From the IMG/VR virus record IMGVR_UViG_3300024430_000001, positions 1-58,452 of that record: 58,452 nt of DNA. One strand, written 5' to 3'. The DNA comes from a virus (lineage: Duplodnaviria > Caudoviricetes). Positions 47,168-57,452 of this stretch are shown here, piece by piece (the stretch's first letter is position 1; every line of letters starts with the position of its first letter). A program made the translations under genes and the position numbers. Below the pieces are notes generated by a model, which was given only the letters and a program-made list of their open reading frames with translations, did no database searches and was not told the origin of the DNA.

Positions 47168-47920
47168 GTGGCGCGAAGCCGCACACTCAAGCCGGAGTTT
47201 TGGACCGACGAGGTGATCGTCGAGTTGTCCTTTCCGGCCCGGCTGTTCTATCAAGGCTGCTGGAACTTCGCCTTGTGCGATCACGGGCACCTCGACGATT
47301 CGCCGAAGAGCCTGAAGCTGAAGATCCTGCCCGCCGACGACGTGGACCCTGTCGCGCTCGTCGACGAACTCATCAAGCACGGCCGGCTGGTGCGCAAGGA
47401 AACCCCGGACGGGCGCACGTATCTGCACGTGAGCACGCTGGCCAAGCACACCAAGATGGACACTCGCTGGAACACGCGGTGCCAGTACTGCGCCCTCGAA
47501 GGACTCACCAAGCCCGCCAGTCCTCGCGCCGCCCCAGATGACCTCACCGAAACTCACGCGAGTTCGGATGAGCTCTCCGAAACTCCGCCCAGTAAGGGAA
47601 AGGAAAGTAAGGGAAAGGAAAGTAAAGAGAGTGGTGCGCGCAAGCGCGGCACCCGCATCCCCGATGACTTCACCGTGACGCCGGAGATGGTGGCGTGGGC
47701 TCGCGAGAAGTGCCCCAACGTCGACGGCAAGCGCGAGACCGAGAAGTTCATCCACCACTGGCGCGGCGAGACCGGCGTCAAAGCGACCAAGCTGGACTGG
47801 GACGCCACCTGGAAAAAGTGGATGCTCACCGCCGCCGACTACAGGTCGGCCAGAGCTTCACCGCAACCGGACTACGAACCGGCCTACCTGCAACCGCTCG
47901 CACGGTCGGGGGCTGTGTGA
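47168..47920 (+). CDS. Replication initiation protein
   Basis: MARSRTLKPEFWTDE N-terminus; GTRIPDDF...KF..HW...KLDWDATW C-terminus; upstream of the helicase. Confidence 0.82.
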   Translation: MARSRTLKPEFWTDEVIVELSFPARLFYQGCWNFALCDHGHLDDSPKSLKLKILPADDVDPVALVDELIKHGRLVRKETPDGRTYLHVSTLAKHTKMDTRWNTRCQYCALEGLTKPASPRAAPDDLTETHASSDELSETPPSKGKESKGKESKESGARKRGTRIPDDFTVTPEMVAWAREKCPNVDGKRETEKFIHHWRGETGVKATKLDWDATWKKWMLTAADYRSARASPQPDYEPAYLQPLARSGAV

Positions 47921-48101
47921 TGACGATCTGCGACCTCTGCCCCGGCTCGGCGATCTGGCTCCTGGAAGCGCAGACCCCGGACGGCTCCGGCATGACCGCC
48001 GTCGCCTGCCACCGCGACGTGGACATCGCCCGCGCGCTGCTGGCCCGGCTTGGGCCGCCCACTGTCACCCCACTCGACGAATCCATGATCCCGGAGGGAC
48101 G

Positions 48102-49415
48102 ATGACCACCCGCGTTCCACCCCATGACCTCGGCGCGGAGCAATGCGTCCTCGGCGCGATGATGCTCAGCCCTGTAGCTGCCACCCGCGCGGCCGAGCTG
48201 CTACGGCCGGAGGACTTCTACCGTCCGGCGCACAGCATCGTGTTCGCCGCGATCGCCGCCGCGTCGGAGGCCCGGGAGCCGATCGACGCTACCGCGGTCG
48301 CCTCGCGGCTGGACGCCTCCGGCGAGCTGGCCCGCGTCGGCGGCGCCCCGTACCTGCACGAGCTGATTGCCATGGTGCCCACTGCCGCATCGGTCGGCTG
48401 GTACGCCCAGATCGTCGCCGGCCGGTCCAGCCTGCGCCGCCTCATCGAAGCCGGCACCCAGATCGCCCACCTCGGCTATGAACTGGAACGCGACCCGGGA
48501 GACGCCGCGGTGATCGCCGGCAAGCTCCTGGCCGATGCCACCCAAACCCGCACCCGCGGCGACATGCTGACGCTGGCCGACATCATCCCGGGCGGCCTCG
48601 ACGCCATCGAGCGCGCTGGCAACGGCGCGAACACCCCGAGCATCCACACCGGCATCACCGACCTCGATGACACCACTGGCGGCCTGAGGGAAGGCCAGCT
48701 CGTTGTGATCGCCGGACGTCCGGGCATGGGCAAATCCATCCTCGGCGTCGAGCTCGCCCGCAGAACCGCCCTACTGAGCAACCGCCCGGCCGCGATCTTC
48801 TCGCTGGAGATGTCCCGCAACGAAGTCTTCAACCGGCTCATCTCCGCCCACGCCGGCATCCCCCTGGCCGCCATCACCATGGGCCAGCTGTCCCAGCGCG
48901 ACTGGGACACCGTCTCTGCGGTCAGCGGACGCATATCCCACGCCCCGCTCTACATCGACGACTCCGCCCCGCTGAGCCTGCCCGACATCGTGTCCCGCGC
49001 CCGCCGCGCACACGCCCGCACCCCGCTGGCGCTAGTCGTCGTCGACTACCTCCAGCTGATGACCATGGGCCGCAAGGTCGAGAACCGACAGCAGGAGGTG
49101 GCCGAGATCAGCCGCGGGCTCAAGTTGTTGGCCAAGGAGCTCGGCTGCCCCGTCGTCGCCGCCGCCCAACTGAACCGGCTCTCCGAGCAGCGCGCCGACA
49201 AGCGCCCACACCTGGCCGACCTGCGCGAATCCGGCGCGGTAGAGCAGGATGCCGACATCGTGATCCTGCTCTACCGGGAGCAGTACTACAACGCGAAGAC
49301 TCCGCGTGGCAACGAGATCGATCTGATCTTAGCCAAGCACCGCAATGGCCCCACCGGCGTCGTCGTCGCCCATGCCGACTTCGAGCACGCCCGGCTGAAG
49401 AACAAGACGCCGTGA
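48102..49415 (+). CDS. dnaB: Replicative DNA helicase
   Basis: AEQCVLG, AGRPGMGKS, FSLEMS, VVDYLQL, AQLNR, DLRESGAVEQDAD, KHRNGPTG. Confidence 0.97.
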   Translation: MTTRVPPHDLGAEQCVLGAMMLSPVAATRAAELLRPEDFYRPAHSIVFAAIAAASEAREPIDATAVASRLDASGELARVGGAPYLHELIAMVPTAASVGWYAQIVAGRSSLRRLIEAGTQIAHLGYELERDPGDAAVIAGKLLADATQTRTRGDMLTLADIIPGGLDAIERAGNGANTPSIHTGITDLDDTTGGLREGQLVVIAGRPGMGKSILGVELARRTALLSNRPAAIFSLEMSRNEVFNRLISAHAGIPLAAITMGQLSQRDWDTVSAVSGRISHAPLYIDDSAPLSLPDIVSRARRAHARTPLALVVVDYLQLMTMGRKVENRQQEVAEISRGLKLLAKELGCPVVAAAQLNRLSEQRADKRPHLADLRESGAVEQDADIVILLYREQYYNAKTPRGNEIDLILAKHRNGPTGVVVAHADFEHARLKNKTP

Positions 49416-51073
49416 TGAGCGCCCTCGGCGGGTTCATCTGGTCGGTCGGCGAGGTGCTGCGCGGCTTCTACCGGCCGAACCAGTACGGCAATGTGGTCCT
49501 GCCGTTCACGATCCTGCGCCGCCTCGACTGCACCCTCGGCCACAACGCGTTCGCCGAGCTGTTGGCTGGCGGCGACGGCCTGGCCGACAGGCTGACCGGC
49601 TACCTCGACCGGCTCCCGCCTGAGGTCGACGTGTTCCAGTATTTCGACTTCAACAAGGAGATCGCCGCGCTGGAGAAGGCGTGCCTGCTGCGCCAGGTCG
49701 TCACCGCCTTCAGCAGTGTCGACCTGCATCCGGACGTCGTGTCCAATGCCGACATGGGCGATGCGTTCGAGTACATCATCCGCAAGTTCAACGAGGCCGC
49801 GAACGAAACCTCCGGTGACCACTACACGCCGCGGGACGCGATCCGGCTGCTCGTCGACCTGCTGTTTGCCGGCGAGGATCTGGCCGAGCCAGGTACCCGC
49901 ACGGTCTACGACCCGACCGCAGGCACGGGCGGCATGCTGGCCCTGGCCGAGGAACATCTGCACGCACATAAGCCTGGCGTGAGGCTGAGCCTGTACGGGC
50001 AGGAGTTCAACCCCCAGTCCTATGCGATCTGCAAATCGGATCTGCTGGTCAAAGGCCACGACCCGTCCAACATCGCCTTCGGCAACACGCTGACCGACGA
50101 CGCGTTCAAGGGCCGCCGATTCGACTTCTGCATGTCCAATCCGCCGTACGGCGTCGACTGGAAGCAATACGCCAAGGCCATCACCGCCGAACGCGACTCC
50201 GCCGGTCCCTACGGACGGTTCGCCCCTGGCCTCCCGGCGACCTCCGACGGGCAGATGCTGTTCCTGCTCCACCTGGTCGCGAAGATGCGAGCACCGGAGG
50301 ACGGCGGCGGCCGTGCCGGGATCGTGATGAACGGCTCGCCGCTGTTCAACGGCGCCGCCGAGTCTGGGCCCTCCAACATCCGCAAGTGGCTCCTGGAGAA
50401 CGACCTGGTCGACGCGATAGTCGCGCTGCCGACCGGCATGTTCTTCAACACGGCCATTGCGACGTACCTCTGGGTCCTCGACAACGCCAAGCACCCTGAC
50501 CGCAGAGGCCTGGTCCAGCTCATCGATGGCACGTCGTTCTGGACCAAGATGCGCAAGAACCTCGGCTCCAAGGGTCGCGAGATCAGCGACACCGACCGCG
50601 CCAAGATCCTCCGGCTGTACGACGACTTCACCGACGCCGACCCGGACTGCTCCAAGATCCTGCGCACCGACGAGTTCGGCTACTGGACCATCACCGTTGA
50701 ACGCCCCCTCGTCGACGAGTCCGGCAACCCTGTCGTCGACCGCAACGGCAAGCCCAAGCCGGACCCGAAGGAGCGCGACACCGAGAACGTCCCGTTCACC
50801 TACGGCGGCTCGGCCGTCGGCGCAGCCGGCAAGGACGAGGTCATCCAGGCGTACTTCGACGCCGAGGTGAAGCCCCACGTCCCCGACGCCTGGATCGACT
50901 GGACCAAGACCAAGACCGGCTACGAGATCCCCTTCACTCGCCACTTCTACAAGTACATCCCACCCCGCCCTCTCGCCGAAATCGACGCCGACCTGGAGAA
51001 GCAGGTCACCGTCGTGCTTGACCTGCTGCGGGAGATGGCCCCTGACCGCCCTCCCGCCCTCCTCGAAGACTGA
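49412..51073 (+). CDS. hsdM: Type I restriction-modification methyltransferase subunit (orphan)
   Basis: LPFTILRRLDC, GDHYTPRD, VYDPTAGTGGML, YGQE, MSNPPYG, GYEIPFTRHFY; no hsdS or hsdR nearby. Confidence 0.93.
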   Translation: MMSALGGFIWSVGEVLRGFYRPNQYGNVVLPFTILRRLDCTLGHNAFAELLAGGDGLADRLTGYLDRLPPEVDVFQYFDFNKEIAALEKACLLRQVVTAFSSVDLHPDVVSNADMGDAFEYIIRKFNEAANETSGDHYTPRDAIRLLVDLLFAGEDLAEPGTRTVYDPTAGTGGMLALAEEHLHAHKPGVRLSLYGQEFNPQSYAICKSDLLVKGHDPSNIAFGNTLTDDAFKGRRFDFCMSNPPYGVDWKQYAKAITAERDSAGPYGRFAPGLPATSDGQMLFLLHLVAKMRAPEDGGGRAGIVMNGSPLFNGAAESGPSNIRKWLLENDLVDAIVALPTGMFFNTAIATYLWVLDNAKHPDRRGLVQLIDGTSFWTKMRKNLGSKGREISDTDRAKILRLYDDFTDADPDCSKILRTDEFGYWTITVERPLVDESGNPVVDRNGKPKPDPKERDTENVPFTYGGSAVGAAGKDEVIQAYFDAEVKPHVPDAWIDWTKTKTGYEIPFTRHFYKYIPPRPLAEIDADLEKQVTVVLDLLREMAPDRPPALLED

Positions 51074-51603
51074 ACGGAGACACCCCGCCATGACCGACTT
51101 GACAATCGAAACCACCGGCACCCCCACCCACGTCATCGACTGGTCCTGGTGGTGGGTGCTGTCGCCGCTGTGGATCAGCGCCGGGATCGTCGTGCTGATC
51201 CTCGCGATCGTGGCGGCCGTGGCCGTCGTCAAGACCCGCTGACCGTCTGCCCGCCAATCAAGGAGGCCCCAATGGCTATGAGCGACTACGAAGAAGTACC
51301 CGTGATCGACGCAGCGAGGCGCTGTGGCGTCCGGTGGGCACCATGGATGGGCGACTGGTTCGTGTCCTGGAGTCCCCGCAACGACAACAGCAACGCCGAG
51401 GGCAGATGGGACCACTGGGTGGAGCTGGCGGTGGCCATCCTCCAGGACCCCATGACTCAGATCGTGCGTCCGGAGGCGTTCGCCGCAGCGGCCGGGCTGG
51501 CGCGGTTCAACTTCGACAGCGAGTCGAACCGTGCCCTGACCGAGGCTGAGGTCGCTTCCCGCTTCGGGCCTGAGACGCCTTCGGACACCGCTGAGGCGGT
51601 GTC

Positions 51604-51827
51604 CCGGTGACCGAGACCCCCGACCGAGCCATCTCGATCAAGGAAAGTCCCATGGGGGCGCTGTTCTGGTTCCTCCGCAGCTCGTGGTCGTACCTCGGCT
51701 GCGATCGTGGCGCGGGCCGCTGGAGGGCCCGCCGCACCTATCTGGCTGGGCTTGTCCCGGCTGCGGTCAAGTTCATGCGCCTTACGCGCGCCGACGAACG
51801 GGCAAGCCGGTGACCGAGACCCCCGAC
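51604..51827. repeat. 21-bp direct repeats flanking ORF 51607-51813
   Basis: CCGGTGACCGAGACCCCCGAC at 51604-51624 and 51807-51827; both downstream ORFs start MTETPD. Confidence 0.85.
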
Positions 51828-52147
51828 ACCACCCCAGCCGCCGCGCTGAAGCCGACCCAGTACGAGATGTTCTGGCAGATCCCGGATGGCCACACCGCGA
51901 GCGTCGCTGTGGTCCGCGAGTACGAGGTGGAGCTGACCTATCCGAACGGCGGGCGTAGCTATCGGAGCGTCGGCCCGCAAGCCGAGCTGGCGACCGCACT
52001 GGCCGCCTCTCCTGCCAGGTGGGATCCGCCCGGCCCTCCGGGAGTGATCCGGTATCGGGATGTTGTGACGGTCACTGGCGCGTGGACCTTGCCGGAGGGG
52101 GCGGCTGAGGTGTCCCGCACCCTCACCTCAAGATCGGAGGCTGTGCG

Positions 52148-52522
52148 GTGAGCACCGGCATGCCCGCGGGGATCTGGCTGACCAAGTTCGGCGTGATCGT
52201 GGCCGACTACTTCGGCCACGTCCCGTACCACGTCGGCAGCTCCCTCGACCGCAAAGACTGGCGCGACGTGGACGTGCGCCTGATCCTGCCGGACGGCGAG
52301 TTCGAGCAGCAGTTCGGCACCCCGCAAAGCGCACAGGTCAACAAGCGGCTCGCCGCGGTCACCCTCGCCTTCTCCGCGCTCGGCCAGCAAATGACCGGGC
52401 TGCCGATCGACTTCCAAATCCAGCCGCAGTCGTGGGCCAACGAGCGGTACCCGACCGGTCGGTCGGCGTTGATCGAACTCGACCCGTTCCCGCCTACCGA
52501 AGGTCCGGAGGCAACTCGATGA
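52148..52522 (+). CDS. Minimal nucleotidyltransferase-like protein
   Basis: YHVGSS....WRDVDVRLIL plus distal PIDFQIQ, the hGS...DxD...D signature of the Pol-beta superfamily. Confidence 0.65.
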   Translation: MSTGMPAGIWLTKFGVIVADYFGHVPYHVGSSLDRKDWRDVDVRLILPDGEFEQQFGTPQSAQVNKRLAAVTLAFSALGQQMTGLPIDFQIQPQSWANERYPTGRSALIELDPFPPTEGPEATR

Positions 52523-52819
52523 CCTCCCAGAGCCCCGTACAGCCTTCACCGCGAGTCATCCCAGGCTCGGGTACCCGGGACGCCGGTTCGGGCTTCCACT
52601 GCCCAATGACGACACCGGACGGGGCATCACTGGCCGCCTTGGGCGAGGCGATGTTCGAGGTCTGGTTGCACGGCAACTGGCTGTTCCTGACCGAGAAGAT
52701 GGCTACCCCGGCCAAGGAAGCGGCGGCCGCTGCCGTCGAACGGCACTGGACGCGGATGTACGCCGACGACGGCGAGACCACCAGCGAGGAGACCCGCGCC
52801 GCGCTGAGGTGGTGGACCA

Positions 52820-53176
52820 ATGCCTGAGCGCATCCAACGCCGCCGCACCCGCGGCTGGCGCATGCCCGAGGGAGCCCGCTACATCGGTCGCCCCACCCGC
52901 TACGGCAACCCTTGGCGGATCACTCAGGCCGAGGACGGCTGGTTGATCGTCCACGCCACCCAGCCGCCCGTCGGCCCTATCCCATCACGAGACAGTGCTG
53001 ACCGGCTGCTGCTCACCCTCTATCGGGACCACCTCGACCACCATCCGGAACTGGTGGCGCAGGCCCGGCGTGAACTGGCTGGCAAAGACCTCGCCTGCTT
53101 CTGTGCCGTCAACGCCCCGTGCCATGGAGATCTGCTCCTGGCTGCCGCTAACACCCCCAGGGAGACCCAGCCGTGA
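52820..53176 (+). CDS. DUF4326-like protein
   Basis: PERIQRRRTRGWRMP...GRPT.YGNP...LAGKDLACFC...PCHGDLL. Confidence 0.85.
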   Translation: MPERIQRRRTRGWRMPEGARYIGRPTRYGNPWRITQAEDGWLIVHATQPPVGPIPSRDSADRLLLTLYRDHLDHHPELVAQARRELAGKDLACFCAVNAPCHGDLLLAAANTPRETQP

Positions 53177-55017
53177 CCCACCCCTCGATCACACCCACCT
53201 ACGACAGCCGCGAAACCGGCCCCGCCTACTGGGTCACCACCACCATCGACGGCCGCCCGGTCGGCTTCCAGCGCCCAGTCGACGACCCCTTCGGACGCAC
53301 CACCGTCCGGGTCGGATGGCGCGATCTGCTCCGCGGACTGATGCAACGCGGACTCACCGTCGAGGTGACTGTGGGCGGCGACCCGGAACGCGTCAACGAC
53401 GTCCTCGAGCTGGACTCCAACCAGCTCGTCCGCGGACGCACCCGTGCTGGCGAGTTCCGCCAGGAGCTTCACCGGGCCATGTCGCGGATGGTCACCGACG
53501 AGGCGTTCGAGGAGATCGTGGCCGCTGACGCCGCACAGCAGACGGAAGGGGAACGGCCGTGACCGACCAGATGGACGGATCGTCTGTCCACGACCCGCTC
53601 GGCCTCGTCGAGGCGTTCCTTCGCGACCCCGCTCCAGGCGAGCTGGTCGAGTGGGAGCAGGAACTCGTCTCCCGCCCGGTGCGGCCCGGCTACCGCCGCT
53701 CAACGTACGAGGAGCGGCTGGAGGATCTGTTGCGCGCAGCGCTCCCGGTCGTCTCCTACGTCTCCGCTGGACGGTCCTATGTGGACGTGGAGCCCTACCC
53801 GGATGCGACGGCACGCCGAGTCAACGCCCAAATCCGCGCCCTGCTCGGAGAGGAGCCCACATCGTGACCGACCTCGACCGCTACTCCACGGCCGAACTGG
53901 CTAACGCCTTAGCCCGTCGCGGTGCACTGCCCGAATGCCCCTGCGGCAAGTGGAAGACCTACCTCGGCACTTACGACGCCGACGGGTACACCATCCGCTG
54001 TCACGGCTGCTTGCGAGCCATAGGGAAGTGCATATGCCTGTGACCGCCTTGACCGCCGAAGCCAAACTCGAGCTGCTGTTGAAGCTGTGGGCCGAGCAGA
54101 CCATCACGGTCCGCCTGGAACCGGGCGGGGTGCTGCTGATTGGCGGCGTCACGCACTTCAGCGAATGCGACATGCACACCGCCGTCACGCAGCTGAAGGA
54201 GCTGACCGGCGCGGCTGGCGGGCACGTCCACGACATCAGATCTGGCTTGCTGTGCCTCACCGATGATGGGCGAATCATCGAGGTCACGCCATGACCGACA
54301 TTCTGAGCCTCATAGACGGCGCCCTGGGCGACTACCAGGTCAGCCGAGACGCGATGCGCTGGACACCAGACGACCCGCTGGCCGAGGAGCCTGCGCCCGT
54401 CGCCCCGGTTGCCACCCGTGTGGCGTGGGCACCGGCAGGGACCGACCCGCGTCACACCGAACGGTGGGCCGATCTCGCCCCCTATGTGGACGACGTGGCG
54501 ATCGAGCGACATTGGTCAATGCAGCGGCTTATCAATGAGGCCGTGATGCTGGCCGAGTTTGGGGTATACCAGCAACGCTGCGTTGTCGGCTTCGACGGAG
54601 CCGCTGACACATCGGCGGCATACATCGACGAGCGGGCGTGGACCGACGCTGTGGACTCGTTGGTGGAGGAGATCGCAGCACGGGCAGGCGTTCCTATGCA
54701 CGTGCTGGGCGGCACTGGCGACGAGACGCTGGAGCGGATCAGGCGGGCCTTCGCGGTCGACTGGCCCGAACCCTTAACGATCCGCCTGACCCTGCGGGCC
54801 GAGATCGCCGGCTACGTCGGGTCGGCCCGCCGTGCCCGCTGGGCTGTCATCCGGGCTCTACGGCGAGCGCTGCGGACATCTGACCACATGCGCCACGTCC
54901 GCCACCAGTACCGGGTCCGCCAGCAGGCCCGGCGCAGGAGGGCGAGGCGATGAGGCAATTACCGGTATTGACCTCGGAAAACTCCTCACCTGTACCCGCG
55001 AGTAACAAGGAAGTTTC

Positions 55018-55995
55018 ATGACCACCCGTCTCTGTGTGATCCCCGGCTGCCGGGACATCGGCCAGCACTCCGACGACTGCACCGGTGGCCGCTGCCGGGG
55101 CTGCCAACCCCGCCACACCGAACGGCCTATGGTGTGCACCTCCTGCCGGGTCCGGCTCGCAGCCGAACTCGCCGAGATCGGCACCCTCCACGCCGAGCTG
55201 TCCACTCACGACAGTCCGACGGTGGAGCGGGGTCCGTGGATGCCGAAGCGGCGCCGGCCCATCCCCACCACCGACCCCACCCGGTCGCCAGCATGGGCGT
55301 GGGTGGAGGAGGAAAGCACCGACCGAATCGCCTGCCTCCTGCCCGCAGGACCGGTGACGGTCAGCCGACAGGCCCGCATCTCCGGCAGCCGCGAACAAGC
55401 CGCACCGGTAAACCTGGACCAGCTCGACCTGTCCACCGCCACCCGCCCAGCCAGCCGGGCACTGCACGCTCGCGGTGTTCTCGGCCTCGATCCGGACCAG
55501 GTGGGCACGCTGTCCACCGCCACGATCCTGGACAGCCTCGTCCGCACCTGGCGGGACGCGCTCTGCCCCGACCAGCACCTGCCGCTCCCCACCGTGCCGA
55601 TCATGGTCGACTGGCTGGCCAAGCGCCTCGACGACGCCTGCGATCGGTTCCTGGCCATCGACGAGGCCGCCGACGAGATCCGGGAACTCCGCAACGCGAT
55701 GCGTGGTGTCCTCGGCCTCGTCGACGCCAAACGGGAGCTGTGTCACGGGGTGCCCTGCCGGTCCTGCGACCGGATGAGCCTCTACCGGGATGGACTGCTC
55801 GTCTCATGCGGATCCTGCGGCTTGAACTACAGCGAGCGGGACTATCGGGAGTGGGTTGGGCTGCTCGACGCCGACACACGGGAACGGCTCGAAGACGGCG
55901 AACTGGAGGTACCCGAGGCTGAGCGGCCGCTGCGGATACGGTCCGGGTCGGCCGGCAACGGCGGATGGCAAGCGAGCAGGAGGATGGCGGCATGA
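55018..55995 (+). CDS. Cys-rich hypothetical protein, possible late-gene regulator
   Basis: Multiple CxxC pairs at both ends; position near the right genome end. Confidence 0.55.
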   Translation: MTTRLCVIPGCRDIGQHSDDCTGGRCRGCQPRHTERPMVCTSCRVRLAAELAEIGTLHAELSTHDSPTVERGPWMPKRRRPIPTTDPTRSPAWAWVEEESTDRIACLLPAGPVTVSRQARISGSREQAAPVNLDQLDLSTATRPASRALHARGVLGLDPDQVGTLSTATILDSLVRTWRDALCPDQHLPLPTVPIMVDWLAKRLDDACDRFLAIDEAADEIRELRNAMRGVLGLVDAKRELCHGVPCRSCDRMSLYRDGLLVSCGSCGLNYSERDYREWVGLLDADTRERLEDGELEVPEAERPLRIRSGSAGNGGWQASRRMAA

Positions 55996-56221
55996 CCGAT
56001 GTCTACCGCTGGTGGTGCCACACGGGTGCCGAGATCACCCTGCCCACCGATGCCCCGCCGACCATGTACGACGGACTCAATCATGCGGTGGCCGTATGGG
56101 AGGGTGGCGCCATGGGGCAGATGCTCACCCGCTGCGGAGGGCGTGCCTGCCCGTATCCCGGACTTCGCGAGGTGCCCGGCCGTGGGCCTGTGGACTGTCC
56201 GGAGTGCCTGGAGCGTGAGGC

Positions 56222-56650
56222 ATGAGCGATCTGGTGGTGGCGATCCGCGCCGCGATAGACGAAGACGAGCGGATCGCTCGGGACGCGTTGCACGCCGACG
56301 CGGTCGACCCCGGAGTGTGGATGACCGAGCACCACAACTCCGAGACCCACAACGAACCGAACCGCTGCCACATCGCCGAGGACAGGGGTGGGCACTACTG
56401 GTCGGTGGCACACGAAGTGTTCATCCCGAACGCCGAGCACATGGCCCGCCATGATCCTGCCCGGGTGCTGCACCAGGTAGCCGCACACCGGGAGATCCTG
56501 GAACTACACGATAACGTCGTTAGGTCAACGCCGGCTGGCACTAAATTCATCTGGTGCCCGCAATGCGGCGGGGACGTCAACGATCCAGACCGCCCGTGCC
56601 CAACCCTGCGTGCCCTCGCCAAGGGCTATGGGATCGAGGCGGGGACGTGA
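56222..56650 (+). CDS. DUF6221-like protein
   Basis: IRAAIDEDE, HMARHDPARVL..VAA.R.I, PCPTLRALA..Y. Confidence 0.75.
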   Translation: MSDLVVAIRAAIDEDERIARDALHADAVDPGVWMTEHHNSETHNEPNRCHIAEDRGGHYWSVAHEVFIPNAEHMARHDPARVLHQVAAHREILELHDNVVRSTPAGTKFIWCPQCGGDVNDPDRPCPTLRALAKGYGIEAGT

Positions 56651-56922
56651 CGCAGCCCGCGATCGTCCGATTCCACGGCTCCTTGACGCTGATGGACCGG
56701 GACAGCCTGGCCCGCTACATCGGCACCACACCCGGCGAGATCCGTAAACGCTGCAAGCATGTGGCCGCAGACTGGGCGACCTGGCGAACCCTATGGAACG
56801 CCGAGCAGGTGGCCGAGGTCTTCGGCGCCACCCTGCCGTCGTGGGTGCCGCATTTCCGCGTCTATCCGATTGAGGTCTGCGACCTGGACGGCATCACCTC
56901 GGCGACACGCCGCGACCCCTGA
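56647..56922 (+). CDS. Small putative DNA-binding protein
   Basis: MDRDSLARYIGTTPGEIRKRC HTH-like segment. Confidence 0.5.
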   Translation: MTQPAIVRFHGSLTLMDRDSLARYIGTTPGEIRKRCKHVAADWATWRTLWNAEQVAEVFGATLPSWVPHFRVYPIEVCDLDGITSATRRDP

Positions 56923-56923
56923 T

Positions 56924-57009
56924 TTGCAGAAGATCCGTTCACCCTTTACGCTGGAGTCCAGCGAAGCTCTGCCCAAAAACGGAAGCCCGACCCCTGTGGC
57001 CGGGCTTTT
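56924..57009 (+). promoter_or_regulatory. Promoter immediately followed by a terminator
   Basis: TTGCAG-N17-TACGCT (56924-56952), then AAGCCCG...CGGGCTTTT (56983-57009). Confidence 0.65.
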
Positions 57010-57028
57010 CTGCTGTCCGGGGGTGAGC

Positions 57029-57256
57029 ATGTACGACCTGGACGCCCGAATCACCCCCGCCCAAGCCGCCCGCCTGCTCGACCTCTCCCGGCAGCTGATC
57101 AAAGACTGGTACGACCGTGGCCGCCTGAAGCGTGGCGAAGACGGCCTAGTCCGATTGGGCGACGTGCTTAAGATCGAAGCTGAGACCCGCAACAACCGCC
57201 GCCGCGGCACCTTCGGACGTGGCGGCACCAGAAACTTACAGCTCGTAGCGGTGTAG
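57029..57256 (+). CDS. HTH DNA-binding protein
   Basis: ITPAQAARLLDLSRQLIKDWYDRGRL. Confidence 0.75.
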   Translation: MYDLDARITPAQAARLLDLSRQLIKDWYDRGRLKRGEDGLVRLGDVLKIEAETRNNRRRGTFGRGGTRNLQLVAV

Positions 57257-57321
57257 AGGAGCGGGTCGTCCTCGCGGGCCTCATAAGTCCGAGATCGCCG
57301 GTTCGAATCCGGCCACCGCAA
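57247..57321 (+). tRNA. tRNA with CAT anticodon (Met/fMet-like)
   Basis: Cloverleaf AGCGGTG/CACCGCA, D stem GAGG/CCTC, anticodon arm CGGGC-CTCATAA-GTCCG, T arm GCCGG-TTCGAAT-CCGGC; no encoded CCA. Confidence 0.85.
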
Positions 57322-57452
57322 CTCAAAGCCGGAAGCCTCCAGCTGAAGGCCGTGAGGCTTCCGGGTCTTGTACTGCGGCAGCCCACACCGCAGGGGAGGT
57401 TCGCCGATCCCGGTCGGGCAATGACGCAAGCTTACCGTTGGCAGGAGCAGCC

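Noticed and set aside
49286-51415. 709-aa minus-strand ORF and similar long antisense ORFs
   Set aside because: Shadow frames of high-GC coding genes; no recognisable motifs
35049-55995. Many proteins ending in AA/VA as ssrA-like degradation tags
   Set aside because: Largely explained by the next gene's GGAGG RBS and overlapping start codon
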